A stretch of DNA of 64,000 bases from Myxococcota bacterium. Its GTDB lineage: Bacteria > Myxococcota_A > UBA796 > SXON01. Shown here piece after piece: positions 1-9,161 of the stretch (positions within the stretch are counted from its first letter, which is position 1; the number at the start of each line of letters is the position of its first letter). The position numbers were made by a program, and so were the translations under genes. Where the stretch lies: NCBI GenBank assembly GCA_040386535.1, contig JAZKFH010000013.1:352928-416927 (forward strand), given 5' to 3'. The notes below the pieces were generated by a model, which saw only the letters and a program-made list of their open reading frames with translations, did not search any database and was not told the DNA's origin.

Positions 1-2
1 AC

Positions 3-662
3 GAGGCGCTCCTGGCCGACGCGATCGACCTGAAAGGGCTCATCGACGAGGCCGCCCTGCCGATCGACGGGACGTTCACCGACCTGACGGAGGCGGAGGC
101 GGGGGACGCCGGCGCCCCGGGCCTCGATCCGGCCCCGGCCGTGGGCCTGTTCACGGCGGGCTTCATCGACTGCACGCCCGACGAGATGGAGCGCATCCTG
201 TTCTCGCAGGCGCAGATGGAGCTCTACCCGGGGAACTACACCGCTTACGAGCGGTCCTACACCGCCGATCTGGACGCCTACGAGGCGCGGCAGACCAACC
301 GCCTCACGTGGGGCGCGAACTACTCGGTGGAGATCCCGCTCACCGGCTCCTACACCTCCGAGATCCTCGGCGGCGTGCACTTTGTTCCCGACGGAGAGGA
401 CGGGCCCTACCTGTTCTCGACCACGGTGATGCCCGCGCCGGCCACCACCGATCCCGACACCATCGTGTTCGACGTCGACCTGCAGATGGAGGTGTTCTAC
501 CCCCAAGAGGGCGGCGTGGTGCACCTGTTCGGCATGTGGCGTCACATCGACCTGCCGAACGGCTTCGGTACGGACAGCGACGTGGGCGTGACGCTCATCG
601 TGGGCGGGCTGCACGATTGGGACGACGCCACGACCAAGATTTGTGACGAAGGGCGGATCTGA
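3..662 (+). CDS. Hypothetical protein, 5' end truncated by the window start
   Basis: The frame of ORF 141..662 stays open back to position 3 (EALLADAIDLKG...) with coding-like GC3 bias. No recognisable motif. Confidence 0.75.
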   Translation, partial: EALLADAIDLKGLIDEAALPIDGTFTDLTEAEAGDAGAPGLDPAPAVGLFTAGFIDCTPDEMERILFSQAQMELYPGNYTAYERSYTADLDAYEARQTNRLTWGANYSVEIPLTGSYTSEILGGVHFVPDGEDGPYLFSTTVMPAPATTDPDTIVFDVDLQMEVFYPQEGGVVHLFGMWRHIDLPNGFGTDSDVGVTLIVGGLHDWDDATTKICDEGRI

Positions 663-674
663 CGATCCGCCCTT
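649..674. terminator. Perfect hairpin between convergent genes, possible bidirectional terminator
   Basis: AAGGGCGGATC-TGAC-GATCCGCCCTT: 11-bp stem with a 4-nt loop that contains the TGA stop of the upstream gene. Confidence 0.6.
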
Positions 675-689
675 GAAACGGTCGCTCCG

Positions 690-2093
690 CTACTTGTCGC
701 TGATCCGCCACCGGAACTTGGCCGCCACGTCCGCGAGCGCGTCCTCGTCGGAAGGGTCCTTTCCGGCGAGCTTCAGGATCATCCGCTCCACCAGCCGCTC
801 GTTGAAGTCGGTGATGTTGTCGACCGACTCGTGGGAGGTGGTCGCGCCGGTGATCCACAGGTTGTCGGTGCCCTGTTGGCGCTCCATCGCGTGGGCATTG
901 CCGGCCTGGATGGCCGCCGGGGTGAACTGGGGGGAGTAGCTCCACCGGCACTGTTGGAGGACGGAGATGTTCTGGGCGCCCTGGGCGCGCAGGTCGCGCT
1001 CGAGGATGTCCTGGAGCTCCTTGCTCTTCAGGTCGGTGTTGCCGACCTGGTAGCACACGTACACGTCGCGCCGGGTGCGCGAGCGGGCGGCGGCGGCGCG
1101 CGTCTTGTCGCCGGTGCGGCGTGCCACGAGCAGGCGCGAGTGGGACAGCGCCTCGTCGCCGTTGGCGGCGGCCTCGAACGAGTGGGTGTCCTGCTCCTGG
1201 AACCAACCTTCGGCGTCGACCAGGGTGGTGACGTACTCGCGCCACTCCATCGCGCCGTTGCCGATGGCATACGCCGCGATCTCCTCGTCGGTGAAGGGGA
1301 ACCACCCGCGCGCCTCGTGCAGCCGCGTGGTGAGCACGAGGTGGTCGAATTCCAACGTGCCGTCCTTCGTGCGGACCTGGTACTTGCCGTCGGTGCGGGT
1401 GACCTCGCGGATTTTCGTGTCGGTCCGCACGTCGAGCTTGGAGGCGAGGTGTTGCCACAGGTGTTGCCACCCCGGCACCATCTCGCTCACCTGCAACGTC
1501 ACGGCCGACCAGATGATGGACGGCACGTTCCAACGCAAGCCGTAGAGCGCGGGCACCTTGTCGAGGCCGCCGTAGCCCATGATCGACATCGTGCGCAGCG
1601 CGAACCGGGCGATGACGTCGAGCTCGCGGTCCCTCAGCCAGTCGCCGAACGGCTGGGCCATCTCGTCCTTCATCAGCCCGCCGCGCGTGCCCGCCGTGTC
1701 ATCCGGGCAACCGTGCAGATCCCACTCGTGGAACACGAGCCAATCGGCGACGTACCGGGCCATCTGCAGGCCCGCCTTGATCGGGCCGCCGGTGCCGATC
1801 ACGTACTTCTTGAAGTCCGTCTCCTCGCCCGATTCCGTGTGGATGACGTGGTGCTTCAGTTGGTAGGTGGTCATGCCCGCTTCCCGCATCCACGTCTGCA
1901 CCGTGCGGTACCCGGTCGTGAGGTAGCAGGTTCCCATCTCGTGTCCGAGACCGTCGACCGTGAGGGTGAGCGCCTTGCCGCCGACCTGCGCGTCCCGCTC
2001 GAGCACGGTCACGTCGGCGATCTTGCGGTCGGTGAGGAGGCGCGCGAGGGACAGGCCGCCGGGGCCGGCGCCGATGATGCCGATGCGGGACAT
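690..2093 (-). CDS. FAD-dependent oxidoreductase (amine oxidase fold), polyunsaturated fatty acid isomerase-like
   Basis: N-terminal RIGIIGAGPGG...LER...VGGK FAD-binding motif and HEMG; C-terminal WSYSPQF...QQGTDNLWITG. Start placed at ATG 2093. Confidence 0.85.
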   Translation of the reverse strand: MSRIGIIGAGPGGLSLARLLTDRKIADVTVLERDAQVGGKALTLTVDGLGHEMGTCYLTTGYRTVQTWMREAGMTTYQLKHHVIHTESGEETDFKKYVIGTGGPIKAGLQMARYVADWLVFHEWDLHGCPDDTAGTRGGLMKDEMAQPFGDWLRDRELDVIARFALRTMSIMGYGGLDKVPALYGLRWNVPSIIWSAVTLQVSEMVPGWQHLWQHLASKLDVRTDTKIREVTRTDGKYQVRTKDGTLEFDHLVLTTRLHEARGWFPFTDEEIAAYAIGNGAMEWREYVTTLVDAEGWFQEQDTHSFEAAANGDEALSHSRLLVARRTGDKTRAAAARSRTRRDVYVCYQVGNTDLKSKELQDILERDLRAQGAQNISVLQQCRWSYSPQFTPAAIQAGNAHAMERQQGTDNLWITGATTSHESVDNITDFNERLVERMILKLAGKDPSDEDALADVAAKFRWRISDK

Positions 2094-2172
2094 GGAGATC
2101 CGGGGAAGCGCGGGTTCTACCATACGCGCCGCGGCGTTGGGAGAGCCGCCCGCGCGACCGGCCGAACGGGGC

Positions 2173-3063
2173 CTATGAGCCCGCGGATCCGCTGATTGCG
2201 TCGTCCGCGCCGAGCCCTTCTCCCAGCAACAGCGCGTGCAGCCCGTCCGGGTTGTCCACGTGTACCCAGTGCCCGGCGTTTGGGAGCAGGTGCAGATGCA
2301 GCGTCGGCGGGGCCGCGGCGAAGCGTGCCAGCTCCTCGTCGGGCCAACGCTCGGAGCGCTCGGCCCGCACCACGTCCACGCGCGCGCGTCGTGACGGAGA
2401 GAGGAGCCACGGCCACGCGTCGGTGCGCGCGTAGTCCAACAACATCTCCTCGATGCCGTCGAGATCGAAGCGCCACACGAAGCCCGAATCGGGCGCCCCC
2501 GGACTCGCGCTGGGATCGACCGGCCGGAGGTTGGTGGTCATCCACTGGGCGAGCCCGGCGCTGAACCCCGCCTGGGTGAGGACCTCTACGATGCTGTCCC
2601 GACGGGGGAGGGGTTGCGGCACCACGCGCAGGGCCTGCACGACGCGCACCACCTCGGACTGGAGGGCCAGCGCGATGTCCGGCGGGCGCGGCGGCACGTC
2701 GAGCGCCCAGATGCGGTCGACCCCCTGGCCGCGGGCCTCGGCCTCCGCGCCCCACGCCATCGCCACCTTCCCGCCGAAGCTGTGGCCGATGGCCGTGCGC
2801 GGCTGGATCCCGAGCTTCGCCGCGAGCACGAAGAGATCCTCGGCGCACGCGGCGACCGTGTGCGGCGGTGGCGCGCCCCGGCTGTCCCCGTGATTGCGCA
2901 GGTCGGGCAACACGAAGCCCCACTCGGGGCGGGCCGCCACGAGGCGCCGGGCCACGGTGCGGAGGTTCTGGCCCGAGCCGAGGATGCCGTGCAGGAGCCA
3001 CGCCCAGTGGGTCGGGGTGGCGCCGGGGGCGGTCTGGACGACGTGGTTGAGGAGGAAGGACAT
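2173..3063 (-). CDS. Alpha/beta hydrolase (YbfF/ABHD11-like esterase)
   Basis: LLHGILGSGQN, DLRNHGDS, nucleophile elbow GHSFGGK, C-terminal AGHWVHVDNP. Confidence 0.9.
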   Translation of the reverse strand: MSFLLNHVVQTAPGATPTHWAWLLHGILGSGQNLRTVARRLVAARPEWGFVLPDLRNHGDSRGAPPPHTVAACAEDLFVLAAKLGIQPRTAIGHSFGGKVAMAWGAEAEARGQGVDRIWALDVPPRPPDIALALQSEVVRVVQALRVVPQPLPRRDSIVEVLTQAGFSAGLAQWMTTNLRPVDPSASPGAPDSGFVWRFDLDGIEEMLLDYARTDAWPWLLSPSRRARVDVVRAERSERWPDEELARFAAAPPTLHLHLLPNAGHWVHVDNPDGLHALLLGEGLGADDAISGSAGS

Positions 3064-3140
3064 CGGGCCGCCTACCCGCGGGGCGCGGACGGGGCCAGGG
3101 GAGGGGACCGCGACGTCGCGGCGGGCTAAGGGGCCGGACA

Positions 3141-4547
3141 ATGACTCCCCCCCGCGAACGCGCCGTCCTCGTCGGTGTCCAGCTCCCCGGGGTCGATCCG
3201 ATCGACCACCAGGCCTCCCTCGCCGAGCTCGCCCGGCTCGTCAACACCCTCGGCTACGAGGTCGTGGGGGAGGTGAGCCAGCGCCGTGACGGCATCGCGT
3301 CCGCCGTGGTCCTCGGGGACGGCAAGCTCCAGGAGCTCGCGGAGTGGACCGCCGGCAGCGGCGAGGTCGAGCACGGCCCGCGCCGCGTCGTGAGCAAGGC
3401 CCGCGCGAAGTGGGAGTTCGCGAACGGCGACGACGAGGAGGAGGCTGTCGGAGAGGAGGGCGCCGAGGAGGAGGACGACGACGCGCCCGAGCAGGAGGAG
3501 GAGGCCAAGGTGCGCGCCTCCCGCCGCGCCGATCTCGTCGTGGTCGACCACGACATCAGCCCGAGCCAGGCGCGCAACCTGGAGACGGCGACCGGCGTGC
3601 CGGTGCTCGATCGCACGGGCGTCATCGTCGAGATCTTCCATCGCCACGCGCAGAGCCGCGAGGCCCGTCTGCAGGTCGAGATCGCGCGGCTGGTGTACCT
3701 CGTGCCGCGCATGCGGGCGTCCGGGGGCGCGGAGCGGCAGCGCGGCGGCATCGGCGGCAAGGGCGCGGGCGAGAGCGCGCTCGAGCTCGATCGTCGCAAG
3801 GTGCGGGATCGCATCGCCCAGCTCCGCGAGGAGCTCGAGTCCATCGAGAACGAGCGCGGGACCCGCCGCGCGCGCCGCGCCGATCAGCTCCGCGTCGCGC
3901 TCGTGGGCTACACCAACGCCGGCAAGAGCTCGCTCATGCGCGCCCTGACCGGCAGCGAGGTGTACGTGGCGGACAAGTTGTTCGCGACGCTCGACACCAC
4001 CGTGCGGTCGCTCCACCCCGAGAGCGTGCCGAAGGTCCTGGTGTCCGACACCGTCGGCTTCATCAAGAAGTTGCCGCACGATCTCGTCGCCAGCTTCCGC
4101 AGCACGCTCGACGAGGCGCTCGAGGCCTCCCTGCTCCTCCACATCGTCGACGCGTCGGACCCCACCTTCCGCGCCCAGTACGACGTGACACGCGCCGTGC
4201 TCGCCGAGATCGGCGCCGACGAGGTGCCCTCGCGCCTCGTGCTCAACAAGATCGACCGGGTCGACGAGGCCACACGCGCCGCGCTAGTGGAGGAGTACCC
4301 CAACGCCCTCGTCCTCTCGGCGCACGATCCCGCCGACGTCGCGGCCATGCACGACTTCATCGTGGCGTGGTTCGAGAAGGACATGGCCGAGGTCGAGCTG
4401 TTCGTCCCCTGGGCCCGCGGGGCCGTGGTCGGCGAGATCCACACGCGCGTGCGCGTCGTCTCCGAGGCCCACGAGGACGACGGGACGCGGTTCCTCGTGC
4501 GCGGGCGCAAGGAAGACGTGGCCCGCCTCGTCGGGTTGTTGGCCTGA
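3141..4547 (+). CDS. hflX: GTPase HflX
   Basis: GYTNAGKS (G1), LFATLDTT (G2), DTVGFI (G3), NKID (G4), plus HAQSREARLQVEIARL. Confidence 0.96.
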   Translation: MTPPRERAVLVGVQLPGVDPIDHQASLAELARLVNTLGYEVVGEVSQRRDGIASAVVLGDGKLQELAEWTAGSGEVEHGPRRVVSKARAKWEFANGDDEEEAVGEEGAEEEDDDAPEQEEEAKVRASRRADLVVVDHDISPSQARNLETATGVPVLDRTGVIVEIFHRHAQSREARLQVEIARLVYLVPRMRASGGAERQRGGIGGKGAGESALELDRRKVRDRIAQLREELESIENERGTRRARRADQLRVALVGYTNAGKSSLMRALTGSEVYVADKLFATLDTTVRSLHPESVPKVLVSDTVGFIKKLPHDLVASFRSTLDEALEASLLLHIVDASDPTFRAQYDVTRAVLAEIGADEVPSRLVLNKIDRVDEATRAALVEEYPNALVLSAHDPADVAAMHDFIVAWFEKDMAEVELFVPWARGAVVGEIHTRVRVVSEAHEDDGTRFLVRGRKEDVARLVGLLA

Positions 4548-5794
4548 TCGACGGCGCGTTCAAGGGGCTCCCGCCGCTCCTCCCGCCGACACCGATCGCG
4601 GAGGTGGGCGCGCTGGGGTGGAGCTTGCTGGACGACTCGCTGCCGGCCGTGGTCGCGGTGCTCCGGGTCGACGCGTTGACGCACAACCGGGCGTGGATGC
4701 GTGCGTTCCTCGCCCGCACCGGCGCCGTGCTCGCGCCGCACGCCAAGACGACGATGAGCCCGGCGTTGTTCGCGCTCCAGGTGGAGGACGGCGCGTGGGG
4801 CCTCACGGTCGCGACCGTGCACCAGGCCGAGGTGGCGCGGCGGGCCGGCGTGCGGCGCCTCGTGCTCGCCAACGAGCTGGTGACGGGCCCGGAGCTCGCG
4901 TGGTTGGTGCGCGTGCTCGCGGAGGATCCAGGCCTGGAGATCCACCCGCTCGTGGACAGCGTCGAGGGGGTCACCCGCCTTGCGCACGCCGCCACGGCGC
5001 TCGATCGCCCGATCGCCGCGCTGGTGGAGATCGGCTGGGCGGGCGGACGCGCCGGGTGCCGGTCGACGGAGGAGGGGATGCGGGTGGCGCGCGCGGTCGC
5101 GGCGTCCCCGTCGCTCACGCTGCGGGGGGTCGAGGCGTACGAGGGGCTCATCACCGCGCCTGACCCGGAGGTGCGCGAGGCGCGGGTGCGCGCGTTCCTC
5201 GACACCGTGTGCGCCGTGGCCGAGGGCTGCCTCGCCGAGGGGCTGTTCGCGCCGGGCACGCCGCTGCTCACCGCGGGAGGCTCCACCTTCCTCGATCTCG
5301 TGGCGGGCCGCTTCGCCCCGCTCGCGAGCCACTTCGTGCCGCTGTTGCGGAGCGGTTGTTACCTCACCGGCGACCACGGGATCTACGCCGCCGCCATGGC
5401 CCGCCTGCACGCGCGCGACCCGTCCCTGGTCACGCTCGGCGGCCTCGAGCCGGCGCTGGAGGTGTGGGCGACCGTGCTCTCCCGGCCCGAGCCGGAGCGG
5501 ATCATCGTGGCGGCGGGCAAGCGGGACATCGGCATCGACGCGGGCTTCCCGGTGCCGATCCGCACCGCGCGCCCCCACGAGGGGCCTCCCACCGCGCTCG
5601 TGGACGCCCGGGTGGTGGAGGTGAACGACCAGCACACGCACCTCGTCGTGCCCGCCACCAGCCCCCTGCGCGTCGGGGATCGCGTGGCGCTCGGGATCAC
5701 CCACCCGTGCACCACCTTCGACCGGTGGTCGGTGCTCCTGTGTGTCGATGCGGCGTGGCACGTGGTGGGCGCCGTGCGGACGTATTTCGGGTAG
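4544..5794 (+). CDS. PLP-dependent fold-type III enzyme (D-serine dehydratase / amino acid deaminase-like)
   Basis: APHAKTTMSP (PLP lysine), GGRAGCR, AYEG, LRSGCY, GKRD, NDQH, HPCTTFDRW. Start uncertain; candidate CTG overlaps the hflX stop. Confidence 0.85.
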   Translation: MIDGAFKGLPPLLPPTPIAEVGALGWSLLDDSLPAVVAVLRVDALTHNRAWMRAFLARTGAVLAPHAKTTMSPALFALQVEDGAWGLTVATVHQAEVARRAGVRRLVLANELVTGPELAWLVRVLAEDPGLEIHPLVDSVEGVTRLAHAATALDRPIAALVEIGWAGGRAGCRSTEEGMRVARAVAASPSLTLRGVEAYEGLITAPDPEVREARVRAFLDTVCAVAEGCLAEGLFAPGTPLLTAGGSTFLDLVAGRFAPLASHFVPLLRSGCYLTGDHGIYAAAMARLHARDPSLVTLGGLEPALEVWATVLSRPEPERIIVAAGKRDIGIDAGFPVPIRTARPHEGPPTALVDARVVEVNDQHTHLVVPATSPLRVGDRVALGITHPCTTFDRWSVLLCVDAAWHVVGAVRTYFG

Positions 5795-5819
5795 TGCGGC
5801 ACGGCGTTAGGAGCCGCGG

Positions 5820-6287
5820 ATGGCAACCCTGGTCGAGGCCATCGCCGTCTCCCTCGCGCCGGGCATCGGCCTGAACGCCGTCATCTTCTACAACACGAGC
5901 CTGCAGAACCGGTTCATCTACATCACGGGCCGCACGCGGGAGGTCAACCGGGAGGCGCGCACCCTTCGCGATGCCACCGATCCCCTCGGGCGCGAGCGGC
6001 TCGCGAGCCTGCGCTACCAGGTCGACCTGTTGAGCCGGCGCAGCCAGATCGTGCGTCGCTCGATCCTGGTGGTGTACATCGCGCTGATCGGCCTCGTGCT
6101 CACGATCCTCGAGCTGCTCGTGCTCGCGGCGGCGAGCATCCCGGGGCTCGAGTTCGCCTCGCTCCTCACGTTCGGCGCGGCGCTCGTGGCGATGTCGATC
6201 GCGACGATGCTCTCGTGGTCCGAGACCTACCTGTCCCAGCGCACGATCCTCGAGGACATCCGGACGAGCTTCCCGCCGCCTACGTGA
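5820..6287 (+). CDS. Small membrane protein, DUF2721-like
   Basis: N-terminal hydrophobic segment with LAP, a basic helical linker (LLSRRSQIVRRS), then two TM helices. AGGAG RBS upstream. Confidence 0.75.
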   Translation: MATLVEAIAVSLAPGIGLNAVIFYNTSLQNRFIYITGRTREVNREARTLRDATDPLGRERLASLRYQVDLLSRRSQIVRRSILVVYIALIGLVLTILELLVLAAASIPGLEFASLLTFGAALVAMSIATMLSWSETYLSQRTILEDIRTSFPPPT

Positions 6288-6329
6288 CCTCGCCGCCTAC
6301 GTGACCTCGGCCCCTACGTGACCTCGGCC
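6279..6329. repeat. Tandem 3 x 17-bp repeat CCTACGTGACCTCG(C/G)C(G/C)
   Basis: Copies start at 6279, 6296 and 6313 with no spacers. Confidence 0.9.
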
Positions 6330-6790
6330 GGAGTCCCCCGCCGCTCGTGCCACATCCGCGCCAGCGCGAGGTCGACCGACCAGGCGCCCGCCCCCTCCAC
6401 GAGCACGAGCCCGGCGAGCGCGAGCGCGAGGAGGTGGTACTCGAAGCCCTCGCCGGCGGCCTGCCCACCCCAGTTCATGAAGAACCCGTTCGGCAGGTGC
6501 ACCATGAACACGGCGCCCGCCATGACCGCGACGATGCCGGCGGCGGCGATGCGGGCGAAGGCGCCGACGATCAGGCCGAGGCCGCCCAACGACTCGGCGA
6601 GGATGACGAGCACCGCCATCCACGCGGGGATCCCCATCCCAACGGTGAACGACTCCATCGTGGCGTCGTACCCTGGGCCGCCGAACCAACCGAAGAGCTT
6701 CTGCGCGCCGTGGGCGAACATCACGATGCCGAGCACGACGCGGCACACGAAGAGCGCGCCGCTGGGGCGGGTGTCGAACAGGGTGTCCAT
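6314..6790 (-). CDS. DoxX family membrane protein
   Basis: RVVLGIVMFAHGAQKLFGWFGG, AESLGG, GFEYHLL, GAGAWSVD. GGAG RBS before ATG 6790. Confidence 0.93.
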   Translation of the reverse strand: MDTLFDTRPSGALFVCRVVLGIVMFAHGAQKLFGWFGGPGYDATMESFTVGMGIPAWMAVLVILAESLGGLGLIVGAFARIAAAGIVAVMAGAVFMVHLPNGFFMNWGGQAAGEGFEYHLLALALAGLVLVEGAGAWSVDLALARMWHERRGTPAEVT

Positions 6791-7160
6791 GGGCGCTCCC
6801 TGAAGGAACGCTGGCGACGGGACGGCGGGTGACAAGGGGCTTCCACGCCGGTAACCGTCACGTGACAGTCCGGGTGACACACTCGATACAGGTCGAGGCG
6901 CCCCAATCCTCGCCGAGCGTCGCCGGGCCCGCGCCGGTGTGCGCGGCGTCTGGGCCGTTGGTGTCCGTGTTGCTCTCGAGGTTGTCGTGGGTACGACCGG
7001 CCACCCTGAACGGGCGCCCCGCCAGCGAATAAACGCCGTTGTCGAACGACAAAGGCCGGGCGCCCTCGTCCCGATGCGCACGAGGTCACTCGCGGGGGCC
7101 CGGACATTGGCGCACACCGGGCGGCGCTGCCACGCGGAAGATCGGTTAAGCTCCGGCGCC

Positions 7161-7976
7161 ATGTACGCTGTCGTCCAGTACAAACCACGCCGTGGGGCCC
7201 GCAACTCCAACCTTGCTGGGCTGGCTACCCTGGCGGCGCAGGCGCTGCAAGGGGGAGCGAAGGTGCTGGTCCTGCCCGAGATGGCGGCCACCGGCTATCG
7301 CTTCCCGAACCCCGAGGCCATCCGGCCGATGTCGGAGGCGCCGCGGGGGCCCACGTTCCGCACGTTCGCCCCGCTCGCGCGCCAGTACAAGGCGCACGTG
7401 GTGGTCGGCTTCGTCGAGGATCACGAGGGCCGCCTGTTCAACTCGGCGCTGGTCATCAACGCCGAGGGCCGGCTCGAGGCGCTCTACCGCAAGCGCCTCC
7501 TGTACATCGACGATCACACCTGGGCGAGCCCCGGCGACCTGCCGTACCCGCAGTTCACCACCCCCTACGGCACCGCCACGGTGGGGATCTGCATGGACAT
7601 CAACGATCCCCGCTTCATCACGCACATCCGCCGCACGCGGCCGGACATCGTGTGTTTCCCCACCAACTGGGTGGACGAGGGGATCGACATCCAGAAGTAC
7701 TGGGCCACCCAGCTGCGTGGGTGGAACGGCACGCTGGTCGCGGCCGACCGGTGGGGAGAAGAGGACGGCGTCGGTTTTGCCGGGCGGTCCGCGGTCATGC
7801 GGCGCGGCGAGACCATCGTGAGCGGCCCCGCCGAGGGGGACGGCTGGTGGGCCGCGCCCTTCGTGAAGGAGCCCGCGGCGGCCGCGGTACCCAAGAAGGA
7901 GGTGGCGGTCGTGGCCGCCACACCGGAGGAGGCGCCCGCGCCGACCCCCCCTGCCCGCACGTCCGAGGCGGAGTAA
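7161..7976 (+). CDS. Carbon-nitrogen hydrolase (nitrilase superfamily), N-terminal amidase Nta1-like
   Basis: Glu-Lys-Cys triad: VLPEMAATGY, YRKRLLY, GICMDIN. Low-complexity Ala/Pro C-terminal tail. Confidence 0.88.
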   Translation: MYAVVQYKPRRGARNSNLAGLATLAAQALQGGAKVLVLPEMAATGYRFPNPEAIRPMSEAPRGPTFRTFAPLARQYKAHVVVGFVEDHEGRLFNSALVINAEGRLEALYRKRLLYIDDHTWASPGDLPYPQFTTPYGTATVGICMDINDPRFITHIRRTRPDIVCFPTNWVDEGIDIQKYWATQLRGWNGTLVAADRWGEEDGVGFAGRSAVMRRGETIVSGPAEGDGWWAAPFVKEPAAAAVPKKEVAVVAATPEEAPAPTPPARTSEAE

Positions 7977-8018
7977 GGGTAGACCAGCAACGGCCGACGC
8001 ACCTCGACGAGCTTGCAA

Positions 8019-9161
8019 ATGGGCCCGTTCACCTTCCTGTTCGTCTTCTCGTTGTTCGCCATCGCCGTGAAGATGGCGCAACGCTCGCAGAACAAGTGGC
8101 TGTACTCCTCCACCGCGGAAGCGTTGGGGATGACCTACTTTCCCGGCGGCATGTTGAGCGCCCCGGTCCTCCAGGGCGTGCACGACCGCACGGCGGTGCG
8201 CATCGAGTACCTCACGCGCTCCGAGGGCAAGAAGCAGAAGCCCTACACGAAGATCGTCGCGGTCGGCGTCGCGCCGGGCCTGCGGTTCGAGGGCGAGGGC
8301 TTCGGGATCCTCAAGGTCTTCACGGGGGCCGACCACGCCACGGGGGACGAGGGGTTCGACCGTGCCGTCCTGGTGCGGGGCGAGGTCGCGCTGCTCCAGG
8401 CGCTCCTCGACCAGGACACACGGCGCGCCCTCCAGCGCGCGATCGCCGACCACAAGGTGGTCGTGAACGACGAGAGCGTGGTCGTCGAGCTCGAGACGCA
8501 CGAGAACGGGATCGATCTCGTCCAGGCGATGTTGCGCACGGTGGCGGGCCTCGCGCAGCGCCTCGGGGACCCCGGCCAGCAGGGCCTCGCGGCGAAGCTC
8601 GCCCGCAACGTCCGGTCCGACCAGGAGCCGCTCGTTCGGCTCGCGTGCCTGCGCGCGCTGGCGGACGATCACGGGGGGCCGGCGGCGGCGGCCGCGGCAC
8701 AGGGCGCGCTCGACGATGACGACGCCCGGGTCGCGCTCCTGGCCGCCCGCATCCGCGGGGAGACCGCGCGGTTCGAGGCCGCCTCGGTCGAGGCGCTCCG
8801 CGCGTACGCCCCGCACGACCCCGACGGGCTCGCGCGCACGCTGGTGAAGCTCGGCGATCCGGAGCCCTTGATGGCGCTGCTCGAGCTGCAGGACTCCGCC
8901 GTGCGGGTCGCCGCGCTTCACGGGCTCGCGCGCATCGGGACGCCCGATCACGTGCTCACGATCCTGCCGCTCTCGAAGGGGCTGTTCGGCGACGACGCGG
9001 TGAAGACGGCCGCGCGCGGCGCGGTCGAGAGCATCCAGGCGCGTGTCGGCGCGGGCGCGGGCGGCCGGGTCACGTTGGCGGAGGCCGGCGGCGAGGTGTC
9101 CCTGGCGGCCGAGCCGGGCCGGGTCTCCGTCGTGACTCCGCGCGGGCGCGAGCGCGAGTAG
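8019..9161 (+). CDS. Membrane-anchored HEAT-repeat protein
   Basis: N-terminal TM helix and C-terminal HEAT-like repeats (VRLACLRAL, VRVAALHGLARIG, VKTAARGAVESI). Confidence 0.75.
   Translation: MGPFTFLFVFSLFAIAVKMAQRSQNKWLYSSTAEALGMTYFPGGMLSAPVLQGVHDRTAVRIEYLTRSEGKKQKPYTKIVAVGVAPGLRFEGEGFGILKVFTGADHATGDEGFDRAVLVRGEVALLQALLDQDTRRALQRAIADHKVVVNDESVVVELETHENGIDLVQAMLRTVAGLAQRLGDPGQQGLAAKLARNVRSDQEPLVRLACLRALADDHGGPAAAAAAQGALDDDDARVALLAARIRGETARFEAASVEALRAYAPHDPDGLARTLVKLGDPEPLMALLELQDSAVRVAALHGLARIGTPDHVLTILPLSKGLFGDDAVKTAARGAVESIQARVGAGAGGRVTLAEAGGEVSLAAEPGRVSVVTPRGRERE

Noticed and set aside
3344..5794. 816-aa ORF overlapping hflX
   Set aside because: The first ~400 aa are Arg-rich off-frame read-through of hflX. 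Only 4544..5794 has real motifs.
6279..6329. Possible mini-CRISPR array
   Set aside because: The 17-bp units are contiguous with no spacers, and no cas genes are present.
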